Assembly (NCBI GenBank): GCA_964565725.1
Contig: CAZMGA010000005.1
Coordinates: forward strand, 1-32,000
Direction: 5' to 3'
From: an uncultured archaeon
GTDB lineage: Archaea > Iainarchaeota > Iainarchaeia > Iainarchaeales > 0-14-0-20-30-16
DNA: 32,000 bases
The notes under the pieces were generated by a model. That model was not told the origin of the DNA. It did no database searches and worked only from the letters and a program-made list of their open reading frames with translations. The stretch's first letter is position 1. Each line of letters opens with the position of its first letter. This document shows positions 1-9,028 of the stretch, piece by piece. Position numbers and translations under genes: made by a program.

Positions 1-497
1 GATTTTTCATCATTTAATGTTAATCCTAATTCTTTTAAGAAATCTGGAGTTGTCCAAATTTTTTTCTTTTTGTAAATCTCTTTAAGAAAATTTTGAATAT
101 ATGCTTCAAATTTTTCATAACTTTGATTTGAGACATAAATATTTCCGATTCTATTATATCCTTTTTCATGCAATTCTACATCATCTGCATTAAATTGTCC
201 TAAAATAAATTTTTCATTTAATGCTTTCATTATATCTTCTTCTATAGCTCCAGTAGTAGTAATAACAATATCTGCTAAACCTTTTTCAATAGTTTGAGCA
301 AATATACCTCTTAAACCAGATGAAGCCATATTAGAGGTAAAAGTTAAATATATTTTTGCACCGCTTTTTTTCATTTTAACAATAATTTCTGCTGCTTTTT
401 TTAAATTTGATGCTTGTAATCCTAAATTATCATATTGTTCAATTAAGTCTTTTACAGTAATATTTTTATTATATATAATATCTTTTATAAATTCCAT
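1..497 (-). CDS. dys: deoxyhypusine synthase, N-terminal part (gene runs off the window start)
   Basis: My translation of the minus strand from ATG 497-495 gives MEFIKDIIYNKNITVKDLIEQYDNLGLQASNLKKAAEIIVKMKKSGAKIYLTFTSNMASSGLRGIFAQTIEKGLADIVITTTGAIE... and stays open to position 1. The LTFTSNMxSSGLR and TTTGAIEED motifs are typical of DHS. AGAGGA lies upstream. Confidence 0.7.
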   Translation of the reverse strand, partial: MEFIKDIIYNKNITVKDLIEQYDNLGLQASNLKKAAEIIVKMKKSGAKIYLTFTSNMASSGLRGIFAQTIEKGLADIVITTTGAIEEDIMKALNEKFILGQFNADDVELHEKGYNRIGNIYVSNQSYEKFEAYIQNFLKEIYKKKKIWTTPDFLKELGLTLNDEK

Positions 498-593
498 AAA
501 TATTCCTCTTATCTAAATATTTTCAATATATATTATATTTATTATATTATATATAAATTGCTTTGAAAAAGAATAAAAATAGGAGCTATTAGC

Positions 594-1022
594 TCATAAA
601 AAATCAGCACCTTTGAAATTTTTGTTTTTTAATCTGTTTATTAATTCTTGGTTTTTTGGTACTTTATTTGAAATTTGTTTATTTGATAAAAGATTTTCAG
701 ATTTATTTGCTTCAGCATCACTCATACGAAAAGAATCTTTTCTAGGGTCTAAATTCTTTTGAATTGGTTCTTTTAAATCTACATTATCGTCATTTTCTTC
801 TAATTTTACATCGTCAATGTTATTTTCATCAATTTTTTGTTTTTGTTTTATTGGTGGAGCCCATTGCATACCTGGTTTGTAATTTTTTGCAATAAAATTA
901 ATTTCTGACATGTCTTTTTTATCTGGAATTCCTTCCCATCCACATTTTGTACATTTTTTAAAACCATCCCCTATAGGTCTTAAACTTAAATTTCCACAAA
1001 AAGCACAGTGTTCCCATTGCAT
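594..1022 (-). CDS. hypothetical protein with N-terminal CxxC...CxxC zinc ribbon and a charged, low-complexity tail
   Basis: ORF track. N-terminus is MQWEHCAFCGN...CTKCGWEG. GGTGAT SD lies upstream of the ATG. No recognisable family. Confidence 0.5.
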   Translation of the reverse strand: MQWEHCAFCGNLSLRPIGDGFKKCTKCGWEGIPDKKDMSEINFIAKNYKPGMQWAPPIKQKQKIDENNIDDVKLEENDDNVDLKEPIQKNLDPRKDSFRMSDAEANKSENLLSNKQISNKVPKNQELINRLKNKNFKGADFL

Positions 1023-1096
1023 TAAATCACCTTCTAATAAATATTTAATAATAAAATAACGTTATACTTTTTAAATAGTTTTCTATATATTTTAAT

Positions 1097-1666
1097 ATGT
1101 TTTCAAAAGGTTTATTACATATTATTTCTGGACCTATGTTTTCTGGTAAAACTTCAGAATTAATTAGATTATATGACAGAAGTGGTTTTGCAAAACAAAA
1201 ATCTATAATAATAAAACCATCAATAGATTTAAGATATTCAAAAGAAAAAGTTTCTACGCACAACCAAGATATGCGTTTATGTTATGTTTTAAATAATATT
1301 AATGAATTAACAACAATAATTGAAAAAGAATTACCTGAAAATGTATTTATTGATGAAGCTCAATTTTTTGATTCTAATATTTTAGATTTTATTACTAATT
1401 TAAGAAATAAAAATATTAATGTATATTGTGCTATATTAAATCAAACTTCTGAAGGTAATCCATTCCCTTTTAAAGATAATGATAAAGATGTAGGTACCTT
1501 AATGGCTTTAGCAGATAATATTACAATTTTAACTGCTGTTTGTCCTGTTTGTGGAAAGTTCGCAACAAAAACATATAAAAGAGAAAATTCTGGTAAAGAA
1601 GTAGATGTTGGAAGTTTTGATAAATATGAACCTCGTTGTTATGAACATTGGGATCCTAAAAAGTGA
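1097..1666 (+). CDS. tdk: thymidine kinase
   Basis: P-loop GPMFSGKTSELIR, FIDEAQFF motif, and C-terminal zinc site CPVCG...PRCYEH. Confidence 0.9.
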   Translation: MFSKGLLHIISGPMFSGKTSELIRLYDRSGFAKQKSIIIKPSIDLRYSKEKVSTHNQDMRLCYVLNNINELTTIIEKELPENVFIDEAQFFDSNILDFITNLRNKNINVYCAILNQTSEGNPFPFKDNDKDVGTLMALADNITILTAVCPVCGKFATKTYKRENSGKEVDVGSFDKYEPRCYEHWDPKK

Positions 1667-1677
1667 TAATGATATTT

Positions 1678-1881
1678 ATGCCAGAATTAATTAAGCCTAA
1701 AAGAACATATAGAGTTGGAAGCAAAGTATTTTTAACTCCTGAATTTAAAGAAAAGGTAAGAGCAAATAGAAAGAAATTAAATGAAAATGATTATGTAAGA
1801 TCAGTGCTAGGTGCTAGTTATAATAAATCTTTTGAACATAGTTTTTGGGAGCATATTGGTCATTCAGGGCGATTTTTTTGA
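1678..1881 (+). CDS. hypothetical small protein (start moved to ATG 1678; the ORF-track start 1663 is a GTG inside the AGTGAT SD)
   Basis: Open frame MPELIKPKRTYRVGSKVF.... AGTGAT lies 10 nt upstream of ATG 1678. Ends in TGA 1879-1881, followed directly in frame by the next ORF. Confidence 0.35.
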   Translation: MPELIKPKRTYRVGSKVFLTPEFKEKVRANRKKLNENDYVRSVLGASYNKSFEHSFWEHIGHSGRFF

Positions 1882-2526
1882 GTGTTTATAGGATTATTAA
1901 AAAATAGACCAATTAATTTTTTGAGAAATCTTAAAAAAACTAATCCAAAAATTATGATTTTGGGACCAGGTGATGGTGAATATATTTTAGACTTACATAA
2001 AACATTAAATAAATTAAATATTAATCCAGAGATTGATGTGTTAGGTTTATCTAATTCAATTACTTCTAAAGTTAAAAAAAAAATTAGAACTGATTATTCA
2101 CAAGGAATTAGTTTTGAAGAATTGTGGAATTATCCTGAAAAATATAAATCAATTATAAGAGACTTTTTAGGAAAATATGATTTAATTGAAGCGAGCTATT
2201 CCACAGGTTATCATACAAATTATCCTGAAAAAACTTCATTTTATACTGCTTTAATGTTAGCTCCACAAGGAGAAGCATATGTATTAATAAGACCAGAATC
2301 TGTTAGTAGTTTAGGTAATAAGTTTAATAAATTTAATAAAGAATATAAGTTGCCTTTTGGGATCCCACATCATGGACAAAAAATAACTATACTATATATT
2401 AAAGACTATTTACAAAGAGCTGTTAAAGCATATAATAAAAAGTATGGTACAAATTTAGAATTTGAATTGAATATTATAGATAAAAAAGATGGTGATTTTT
2501 ATTTAATTATTAAAAGAATTAATTAA
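1882..2526 (+). CDS. hypothetical protein, possible class I SAM-dependent methyltransferase fold
   Basis: GTG start immediately after the upstream TGA. IMILGPGDGEYILDL resembles SAM-binding motif I, with IDVLGLS and LAPQGEAYVLI downstream. Weak, by-eye call only. Confidence 0.4.
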   Translation: MFIGLLKNRPINFLRNLKKTNPKIMILGPGDGEYILDLHKTLNKLNINPEIDVLGLSNSITSKVKKKIRTDYSQGISFEELWNYPEKYKSIIRDFLGKYDLIEASYSTGYHTNYPEKTSFYTALMLAPQGEAYVLIRPESVSSLGNKFNKFNKEYKLPFGIPHHGQKITILYIKDYLQRAVKAYNKKYGTNLEFELNIIDKKDGDFYLIIKRIN

Positions 2527-3207
2527 TTATAAAATCTTTTTACTTTTTATTTTCATTTTATTATCTAAATCATATACTATAGGTAATCCTAAAGGAATTT
2601 CTAATTTAGGTATATCCTCATCAGAAATTTTTTCCAAATGTTTTGTAATTGCTCTTATACTATTTCCATGAGCTACGATTAATACGTTTTTATTATGTTT
2701 TAAATCATCAATAACAAAATCTTTGTAATAAGGTAAAACCCTTTTTAATGTATCTGCTAATGATTCTCCTTTTGGAGGTTTAACATCAAAACTTCTTCGC
2801 CAAGTTTCTACTTTTTCTTTGCCAAATTTTTTTCTTAAATCATCTTTATTTTGACCTTGTAGGTCACCATAATGTCGTTCATTAAAAGAAATTGTTTTGT
2901 AAATTGGTAATTCTTTTTCAGTTTTCAAATGTTTTTGCATTTGTTCTAATTCAGGGTCATCAACATGATAAATAGGTGTTTTTTTTATATCCATTTCTTC
3001 TAAAGCGTAGTGTAAAGTTTGTTGTGCTCTAATTAATTCAGATGTATAAATAATGTCAAAATCAATTTTTTCTTTTTTTAATTTTTTTCCTGCTTCAATT
3101 GCTTGCTTAATTCCTAATTTTGATAGTGGGATATCAGTCCAACCAGTAAAAACATTTAATTTATTCCAAATAGATTCCCCATGTCTTAATAAAACTAATT
3201 TAACCAT
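2527..3207 (-). CDS. gpmA: 2,3-bisphosphoglycerate-dependent phosphoglycerate mutase
   Basis: LVLLRHGESIWN catalytic His motif, plus ERHYG and AHGNSIRA motifs. About 226 aa, the typical length. Confidence 0.9.
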   Translation of the reverse strand: MVKLVLLRHGESIWNKLNVFTGWTDIPLSKLGIKQAIEAGKKLKKEKIDFDIIYTSELIRAQQTLHYALEEMDIKKTPIYHVDDPELEQMQKHLKTEKELPIYKTISFNERHYGDLQGQNKDDLRKKFGKEKVETWRRSFDVKPPKGESLADTLKRVLPYYKDFVIDDLKHNKNVLIVAHGNSIRAITKHLEKISDEDIPKLEIPLGLPIVYDLDNKMKIKSKKIL

Positions 3208-3221
3208 AATTACACCTTATA

Positions 3222-3674
3222 TTATATAATCTTATTTATTTTTTTTCTATCTCTATTTTCTTTTAATCTTCTTAAATATTCTGCTTCTGCTTTATCCTCT
3301 CTAACAAATTGTGCTCTTTCTCTGGCCATTGCAATTTGATATGCTTTATTTTTTAATTCAATTTCTTTATAAATTAGTTGTGAGAGTCTACTTCTATTAG
3401 AAGTATTAAATTTTTCTTCATAAAATTTTAATAATCCTGGATTTCTTAGAATTGCACTTGTTTCATCCTCCATTCTAGCCTCAACCCTATTTCTATATTC
3501 TCTATCATTTAATATTCTTTCTACATCTTGTTGAATTATTAATTTAACTTTTTCAGGTGTTAAATTAGTTCTTGCTTTTCTATCTGCTATTTTTCTTTCC
3601 GCTACTTTTCTCTCTTCTGGTGTTTTTATGTGTATTTTTTTAAATCCTTTATTTGGTGGTTGTTTAGTAGGCAT
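3222..3674 (-). CDS. hypothetical highly charged (K/R/E-rich) probable coiled-coil protein
   Basis: ORF track. GGAGTGAT SD upstream. No recognisable domain. Confidence 0.5.
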   Translation of the reverse strand: MPTKQPPNKGFKKIHIKTPEERKVAERKIADRKARTNLTPEKVKLIIQQDVERILNDREYRNRVEARMEDETSAILRNPGLLKFYEEKFNTSNRSRLSQLIYKEIELKNKAYQIAMARERAQFVREDKAEAEYLRRLKENRDRKKINKII

Positions 3675-3740
3675 ATATAATCACTCCATAAATATAATCT
3701 AATAGAAATAAGTAATTAAGTTTAAAAAGTGTGGCTATAT

Positions 3741-4178
3741 TTATATTGGTTTTTCCCAGTTTTCTATCGGGCCTTGAATTATTGTAAATAAAGGATTATT
3801 TTCTATATTTTTAATATCTTTTATTTTTTTATAATCTTCTGGAGATCTTTCCTTTAATTTTTTTAATAAATGTGTAAATTCCTATTCTAATTGTTTATTA
3901 TTTACTTTAATGAAATAATTAGTATTTATTTTTTTATTGTTAATTTTGTTTTTATTAAAATTAAAATTTCTATTAAGTGATTCTTGAAATATAAAATATA
4001 AAAAAGTGTTTATTGCAATTAATGAATCTTTTGAATTTCTAAATCGAATTAATTGTGGATGTTTATTATAACCTTTTGTTTTATTCTCTAAAACCTTTTT
4101 TGCTAATAAAGATTCACGCCATAAAGCTACTAATCCAATACTATCTAAATATTTTGGATGTAATGACCATAAACGCAT
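3741..4178 (-). pseudogene. DenV-like pyrimidine-dimer DNA glycosylase family gene (MRLWSLHPKYLD type) interrupted by an in-frame TAG at 3882-3884
   Basis: The likely start is the internal Met at 4178 (MRLWSLHPKYLDSIGLVALWRESLLAKKVL...HPQLIRF), which removes the overlap with the ferredoxin gene. After TAG the same frame continues EFTHLLKKLKERSPEDYKKIKDIKNIENNPLFTIIQGPIENWEKPI to TAA 3741-3743. That segment has no start codon or SD of its own. Confidence 0.55.
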
Positions 4179-4215
4179 AGATATCAGTAAAAATAAAAAA
4201 ATAGAAAAAGGTTTC

Positions 4216-4428
4216 TTATAATTCTTTTCCTTTTTCGTCAATTATTTTTATGCATGCTACTGGGCAAGCATCTTTTGCTTCTTTACATTCGTCTAAATCT
4301 TTTTCATCAATTTCTTTTTTTAATAATTTTGACTTAGAACCATCCATTTTCCAATATTTTGGAGATATAGATGCACAAGCTCCACAACCAATGCATTCAG
4401 ATACTTCATGTACATATTTTTTAGTCAT
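4216..4428 (-). CDS. small single-cluster ferredoxin
   Basis: CIGCGAC...SP and C-terminal CPVACI cysteine motifs in 70 aa. GGTGAG SD upstream. Confidence 0.8.
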   Translation of the reverse strand: MTKKYVHEVSECIGCGACASISPKYWKMDGSKSKLLKKEIDEKDLDECKEAKDACPVACIKIIDEKGKEL

Positions 4429-4436
4429 ATTCTCAC

Positions 4437-4871
4437 CTAATATATTCTAACTAAATTACAATTTTTATCTAATTCTACAAAATGATTTGCAGATCCACTA
4501 TCATAAGCTTTACATTTATTTTTTGATTTATTATCTACATCTGTCCTAGGGTTATTTACAATATCACAAACCCAATCTTCAACTTTAAATCCAAATAAAT
4601 CTGATAAACACGGACCACTTTCATAACTTATGACATTGTTTATATCTTTACACATTTTTTGACATAATGCTATAGCTTTATTTGCATCTGTATTATATTG
4701 ATTTATTAATTCTTGATAATTTGTATCATATTTATTAATATTAAAATCTCTTATAGTATTTGCTTCATCTGTTTTTAAAGGTAAAACATTTACCAATAAT
4801 AAAATTATTAGTATAAATACAACACTAACAATTGAAGAAATTATAATATCTTGTTTTGTTAAATATTTCAT
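4437..4871 (-). CDS. membrane-anchored cysteine-rich extracytoplasmic protein, unknown function
   Basis: N-terminal hydrophobic helix IIISSIVSVVFILIILLLVNVL, then seven Cys in a polar domain. Tightly packed between PAN and ferredoxin. Confidence 0.5.
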   Translation of the reverse strand: MKYLTKQDIIISSIVSVVFILIILLLVNVLPLKTDEANTIRDFNINKYDTNYQELINQYNTDANKAIALCQKMCKDINNVISYESGPCLSDLFGFKVEDWVCDIVNNPRTDVDNKSKNKCKAYDSGSANHFVELDKNCNLVRIY

Positions 4872-4875
4872 AAAC

Positions 4876-6087
4876 TCACCTGTAATAATTACTTTTAGTT
4901 TCTTTTTCTACAATTTCTGGTTTTTTAATTTTATTTATTGCCTCATTTAATTCTAATTGTGTTATTTTATTCAAATTTTTACGAATTGCAAACATAGCTG
5001 CTTCTTTACAAATTAATTTAATATCTGCACCACTACAATCTTTTGTTTTATTTGCTAAATCCTTTAAATTAACATTGCTATGAGGTATTTTCTTTAAATA
5101 AATATTAAATATTTCTATTCTATCTTCATAACTTGGTAAAGATATTTCTATAACTCTATCAAATCTTCCAGGTCTTAAAATTGCATCATCTAAAATATCT
5201 TTTCTATTTGTTGCTGCAATTACTTTTATCTGGTCTGATTCATAAAATCCATCCATTTCTACTAATAATTGTGTTAATGTTCTATTAACTTCTCTATCTG
5301 CACCAGTAGATATGTCCATTCTATATGATGCAACAGCATCTAATTCATCAATAAATATTATTGTTGGTGCTTTTTCTTTTGCAATTTTAAATAAATCTTT
5401 TACTACTTTCGCACCTTCCCCAATAAATTTATGGACTAATTCTGAACCATTTAAACTAATCATAGTAGATTTTGTTTTTTGTGCAATTGCTTTTACTAAC
5501 ATAGTTTTTCCAGTTCCTGGTGGTCCGTATAATAAAATTCCTTTTGGAGAATCAATACCAAATTTAATAAATAATTCTGGTTTTGTTAATGGTAATATAA
5601 CAGTTTCTTCAACTTCTAATATTACTTTTTTTAAGCCTCCTACTTCTTTAAAACTTATTTTTGGTTTTTCGTTTATTTCAAAAGCCTGTGCTCTGTAATC
5701 TTTTTCAGGACTTAGAACATCTAACATAGCCAAATTATTTTGTGCTAAAACTACTCTAGATTCTATTTGAATTTCTTTTAAGAATCTTTCAGGTAAATTT
5801 ACAAAAAATATCATACCATTATTTGTTCTAATAACTACTTTCATTTTATCTAAAAATATTTCTGATACACTACCTATAATTGCGGGCGTGTTTTTGTACA
5901 TGCCTATTGTTTTTTCTAATCTTTCATTTTCTAAAATTAAATTTTGATTTTGAATGGATAAATTTTCATTTTGTATTTTTAATAATTGAATTTCGTTTTT
6001 TATTTGTTCGGAATAGTTTTGATTATCTAAATTGTCATAAATATTTAATGATTTTAAACTATTGCCTAAATTATTTAAATTTTCCAT
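4876..6087 (-). CDS. pan: proteasome-activating nucleotidase (AAA+ ATPase, Rpt-like)
   Basis: N-terminal coiled coil, OB-like segment, Walker A GPPGTGKT, Walker B IIFIDELDA, and AAA second region of homology. About 400 aa. Confidence 0.9.
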   Translation of the reverse strand: MENLNNLGNSLKSLNIYDNLDNQNYSEQIKNEIQLLKIQNENLSIQNQNLILENERLEKTIGMYKNTPAIIGSVSEIFLDKMKVVIRTNNGMIFFVNLPERFLKEIQIESRVVLAQNNLAMLDVLSPEKDYRAQAFEINEKPKISFKEVGGLKKVILEVEETVILPLTKPELFIKFGIDSPKGILLYGPPGTGKTMLVKAIAQKTKSTMISLNGSELVHKFIGEGAKVVKDLFKIAKEKAPTIIFIDELDAVASYRMDISTGADREVNRTLTQLLVEMDGFYESDQIKVIAATNRKDILDDAILRPGRFDRVIEISLPSYEDRIEIFNIYLKKIPHSNVNLKDLANKTKDCSGADIKLICKEAAMFAIRKNLNKITQLELNEAINKIKKPEIVEKETKSNYYR

Positions 6088-6120
6088 TTTCTCACCTATT
6101 ATATATAAATCTTAGATTAA

Positions 6121-6128
6121 TTTATAAA
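6121..6128. promoter_or_regulatory. palindromic TATA box (TTTATAAA) in the divergent PAN / transglycosylase intergenic region
   Basis: Lies 22-29 nt upstream of ATG 6150, which has no SD, suggesting a leaderless mRNA. It is also upstream of the PAN SD (GGTGAG) on the other strand. Confidence 0.4.
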
Positions 6129-6149
6129 GGTTTATGAGTTAGTTTTAAT

Positions 6150-7412
6150 ATGCCTATAAAAATGCCTAAAAAATTAAGTAATTTTAGAAGTAATATTAAA
6201 CATAATGCTAAAAAATTAACTTTAGGATTGGCATTAGCAGCTACTGTCTCCGGCATAAGTCCTAAATTTAAAGTTGTAGATAAAAAACCTTTAGTTCATG
6301 AGGTTTATGATTATCGAAATTATGAATTAAAACAATCTATACTACATTCAGAAATTTATGTGGAAGAAAGTATTTCTAGTAAAAAAATGAGAAATAAATT
6401 ATTTTGTGAAAAATCATTAAACGAACTTTTAAAAAAATCAAATTCAAAAGAAAGTATTAACAAAATTGGTAAAATATTATTAACTAAATATCCTACAGAT
6501 AAATTATATTTATATGATTTGGCAATAGAACTTTTTTCTAAAAATTTTAATGTGGATCCAATTATATTAAAGACTGTATTTCGTAGAAATCAATTTAGTC
6601 TAGATAACCCTGTTTTAGAATCAAATCCTGAAAGAATATCATCTACATTGGGCTTTAAAATAACTAAAAATGAATTAAAAGAAAATCCTTTATTAGGAAT
6701 TCTTTCTGCAACTATTCGTATAAATAATTTATCTAAAAAATACGGTAAAGATTCTGCTACTTTATTATCCTATTATTTGAAAGGTTCAAATATTAAACCT
6801 GAAGATATTAAAAGATATGAATTAGAAATTATTAAATATAAAGGAGATTATTGGGAAAAAATAGATAAATCTACCAGAAAGTTAAATGGTTTACAAACAA
6901 TATCTTTAATGTCAAATTATAAAAAACATAATTATAAATTTTTATCAATTGAAAATTATAAAAAATTGTCTAAATTAGAACAAAGAAGAGAAATAGAAAG
7001 ATTTTTATTTTATTTTCAAGGTATTTATAATTTTGATATAAAAACAATTTCTTCAATAATAGAAATAGAATCACATTTTACATATGATTTAAAAAGTCCT
7101 GCTAATGCTATTGGTTTAATGCAATTAAAAGAAAGTAGTTTTAAAGAATTATTAGATAATTATGACTTTAAAAAAAATTTTGGTTTTGAACCCAAATTTA
7201 GAGATTTAAAAAATCCATATTTAAATTTATTTATGGGTATTATGCAATATAAATATTTAGAAATTATGCATAATGGTAATTTGGAAGATATTATTAAAGC
7301 ATATAATGGTGGTTCTAATGCATTATTAAATGCAAAAAACGGAGACATTAAAATGTCTGAATCTCTTACAAGATATTGGAATAAATTTTTAGGTGCATAT
7401 AGGTCGAGATAA
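6150..7412 (+). CDS. exported lytic transglycosylase (SLT domain) protein
   Basis: N-terminal anchor/signal LTLGLALAATVSGISP. The C-terminal domain carries the three SLT family 1 motifs: IIEIESHF (catalytic E-S), AIGLMQL and AYNGG. Confidence 0.7.
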   Translation: MPIKMPKKLSNFRSNIKHNAKKLTLGLALAATVSGISPKFKVVDKKPLVHEVYDYRNYELKQSILHSEIYVEESISSKKMRNKLFCEKSLNELLKKSNSKESINKIGKILLTKYPTDKLYLYDLAIELFSKNFNVDPIILKTVFRRNQFSLDNPVLESNPERISSTLGFKITKNELKENPLLGILSATIRINNLSKKYGKDSATLLSYYLKGSNIKPEDIKRYELEIIKYKGDYWEKIDKSTRKLNGLQTISLMSNYKKHNYKFLSIENYKKLSKLEQRREIERFLFYFQGIYNFDIKTISSIIEIESHFTYDLKSPANAIGLMQLKESSFKELLDNYDFKKNFGFEPKFRDLKNPYLNLFMGIMQYKYLEIMHNGNLEDIIKAYNGGSNALLNAKNGDIKMSESLTRYWNKFLGAYRSR

Positions 7413-7414
7413 TT

Positions 7415-8338
7415 ATGTCAAAAATTTTTGAAATTATAATTGCTATAATTGTAGCTTTATTATTAATTTTGTTTATTTTTAAATTGTTTATTTTTCCTAA
7501 AACAAATATTTATGCTGATTTAGAAGATTTAATAATTTTAGCAAAATCAAAACCAGGGGAACCTATTTGTAAATATTTAAATTTAGATAAAGCTAATGTT
7601 TCTAGTAGTTTGTTATTTAATGATGATAAAGATTTAAATTATTTTATCTGGTTTGTAGGTTCTGAAAAATTAAAAGTTTTTGCAAATAATGATAATTTTA
7701 TAATAAATATAAATAATAATTTAGGCAAAAAAAGAATTTGTGCAGTATGTTATCCTAAATTAATGTTTAATAAAGATTATGATGTTTTTTGTGAATTATC
7801 TTTTGATTCTAATTATAATAGTTTAAATGTAAATTTACAAAAAATTAATAGCCCTATTTCACAAGGTTTTATTTATAATAATAAAATAAATATTCCTCAA
7901 AATTATAAATATTATATTTATGTTTTTAATAACAATAAAAATATAATTGCAAATTTGGAATCAATTTTAGATCAAGATAATGAAGATATAGATTTATTGT
8001 TAGACAAAAATTTCGAATTTAATGATTCTGGAAATAAATTAGTATTACAATTAGTAGTTAAAAATAATGGTAATTATTATTCTGGATTTGGACCTGCTAA
8101 ATTTTTGTATCAAAATTTAGTAATAAATGTAAATTCAGAATACCAAAAAAAAGATTGCGTTGCAACTTATAAAGAAAAACAATACTATAACTATGATCTA
8201 CAAAAATGTGTTTATTATAATTATTGTAATAATTGTATTTTACCAAATCATTGTGCTGAAAAATGGAATGCAGAGTCATTATCTAAAGATTATTCTATTT
8301 CATATACTAACGAATCTGTAATGGAATGTAATGAGTGA
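7415..8338 (+). CDS. membrane-anchored Asn/Cys-rich extracytoplasmic protein, unknown function
   Basis: N-terminal helix IFEIIIAIIVALLLILFIF. Cys cluster at the C-terminus (CVYYNYCNNCILPNHC). Only 2 nt after the SLT gene. Confidence 0.5.
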   Translation: MSKIFEIIIAIIVALLLILFIFKLFIFPKTNIYADLEDLIILAKSKPGEPICKYLNLDKANVSSSLLFNDDKDLNYFIWFVGSEKLKVFANNDNFIININNNLGKKRICAVCYPKLMFNKDYDVFCELSFDSNYNSLNVNLQKINSPISQGFIYNNKINIPQNYKYYIYVFNNNKNIIANLESILDQDNEDIDLLLDKNFEFNDSGNKLVLQLVVKNNGNYYSGFGPAKFLYQNLVINVNSEYQKKDCVATYKEKQYYNYDLQKCVYYNYCNNCILPNHCAEKWNAESLSKDYSISYTNESVMECNE

Positions 8339-9024
8339 ATAATATGTTTGAATTATTGGGTAATTGGTTATTAACATTAATAAATAATATTGGTTATTTT
8401 GGTTTAATATTTTCTATGTTTATAGAAAGTACTTTTATACCTTTACCTTCAGAAGTAATTTTAATTCCCGCAGGTATATTATGGTATCAAAAGGTATTTG
8501 ATCCTATTTTAATAATTATTTGTGGAACTTTTGGAAGTATTTTAGGGGCTAGTTTAAATTATTTTATAGGGGCTAAATTAGGTCGACCTTTAATATACAA
8601 ACATCCTAAATGGTTTTTTTTTAGTGAACAAAAATTAAAAAAATTAGATTTGTTTTTTGAAAAGTATGGTGCTTTAAGTATTTTTTTTGGAAGACTAATA
8701 TTTGGAGTTAGACATTATATTTCTTTTCCTGCTGGATTTACTAAAATGAATAAGAAAAAATTTGTTCTTTTTACAGGTTTAGGTTCTTTATTATGGGTTA
8801 CTTTTTTAACAATTTTGGGTTATTATTTTGGCTTACAAATGCATTTAATAAAAAAATATATGTATTTATTTACTATATTAATTATTTTGGTAATTATTAT
8901 GGCAATATTTATTTATATAAATAAAAATTATAATTTATTTACAAAAATAAAAATAAAAATTAAAGAAAATAAAGAGAAAAGAAAACAAAAAAAATTAAAT
9001 AAATTAAAAAATAAAAAGATTTAG
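8335..9024 (+). CDS. dedA: DedA/SNARE-associated family membrane protein with lysine-rich tail
   Basis: YFGLIFSMFIESTFIPLPSEVILIPAG and FGRLIFGVRHYISFPAG motifs. 4-nt overlap with the upstream gene (GTG 8335; alternative ATG 8344). Confidence 0.8.
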   Translation: MNNMFELLGNWLLTLINNIGYFGLIFSMFIESTFIPLPSEVILIPAGILWYQKVFDPILIIICGTFGSILGASLNYFIGAKLGRPLIYKHPKWFFFSEQKLKKLDLFFEKYGALSIFFGRLIFGVRHYISFPAGFTKMNKKKFVLFTGLGSLLWVTFLTILGYYFGLQMHLIKKYMYLFTILIILVIIMAIFIYINKNYNLFTKIKIKIKENKEKRKQKKLNKLKNKKI

Positions 9025-9028
9025 AAAT

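Noticed and set aside
1045-1263. 72-aa minus-strand ORF
   Set aside because: Antisense to the well-supported tdk gene, with low-complexity sequence. The same reasoning applies to 4250-4450 (antisense to ferredoxin).
5312-6137. Plus-strand ORFs 5312-5698 and 5880-6137
   Set aside because: Antisense shadows of the PAN gene. They have F/I/L/N-rich composition typical of AT-rich antisense frames and no SD.
7415-7500. N-terminus MSKIFEIIIAIIVALL considered as a third class III (pilin) signal peptide
   Set aside because: It lacks the Gly/Ala at position -1 and the Q-I-S-x-E pattern seen in the two ORFs at 29753-30320. It is more likely a plain signal anchor.
7160-8279. Minus-strand ORFs 7160-7348 and 8097-8279
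   Set aside because: Antisense to the SLT and Cys-rich genes, short, with no translation signals.
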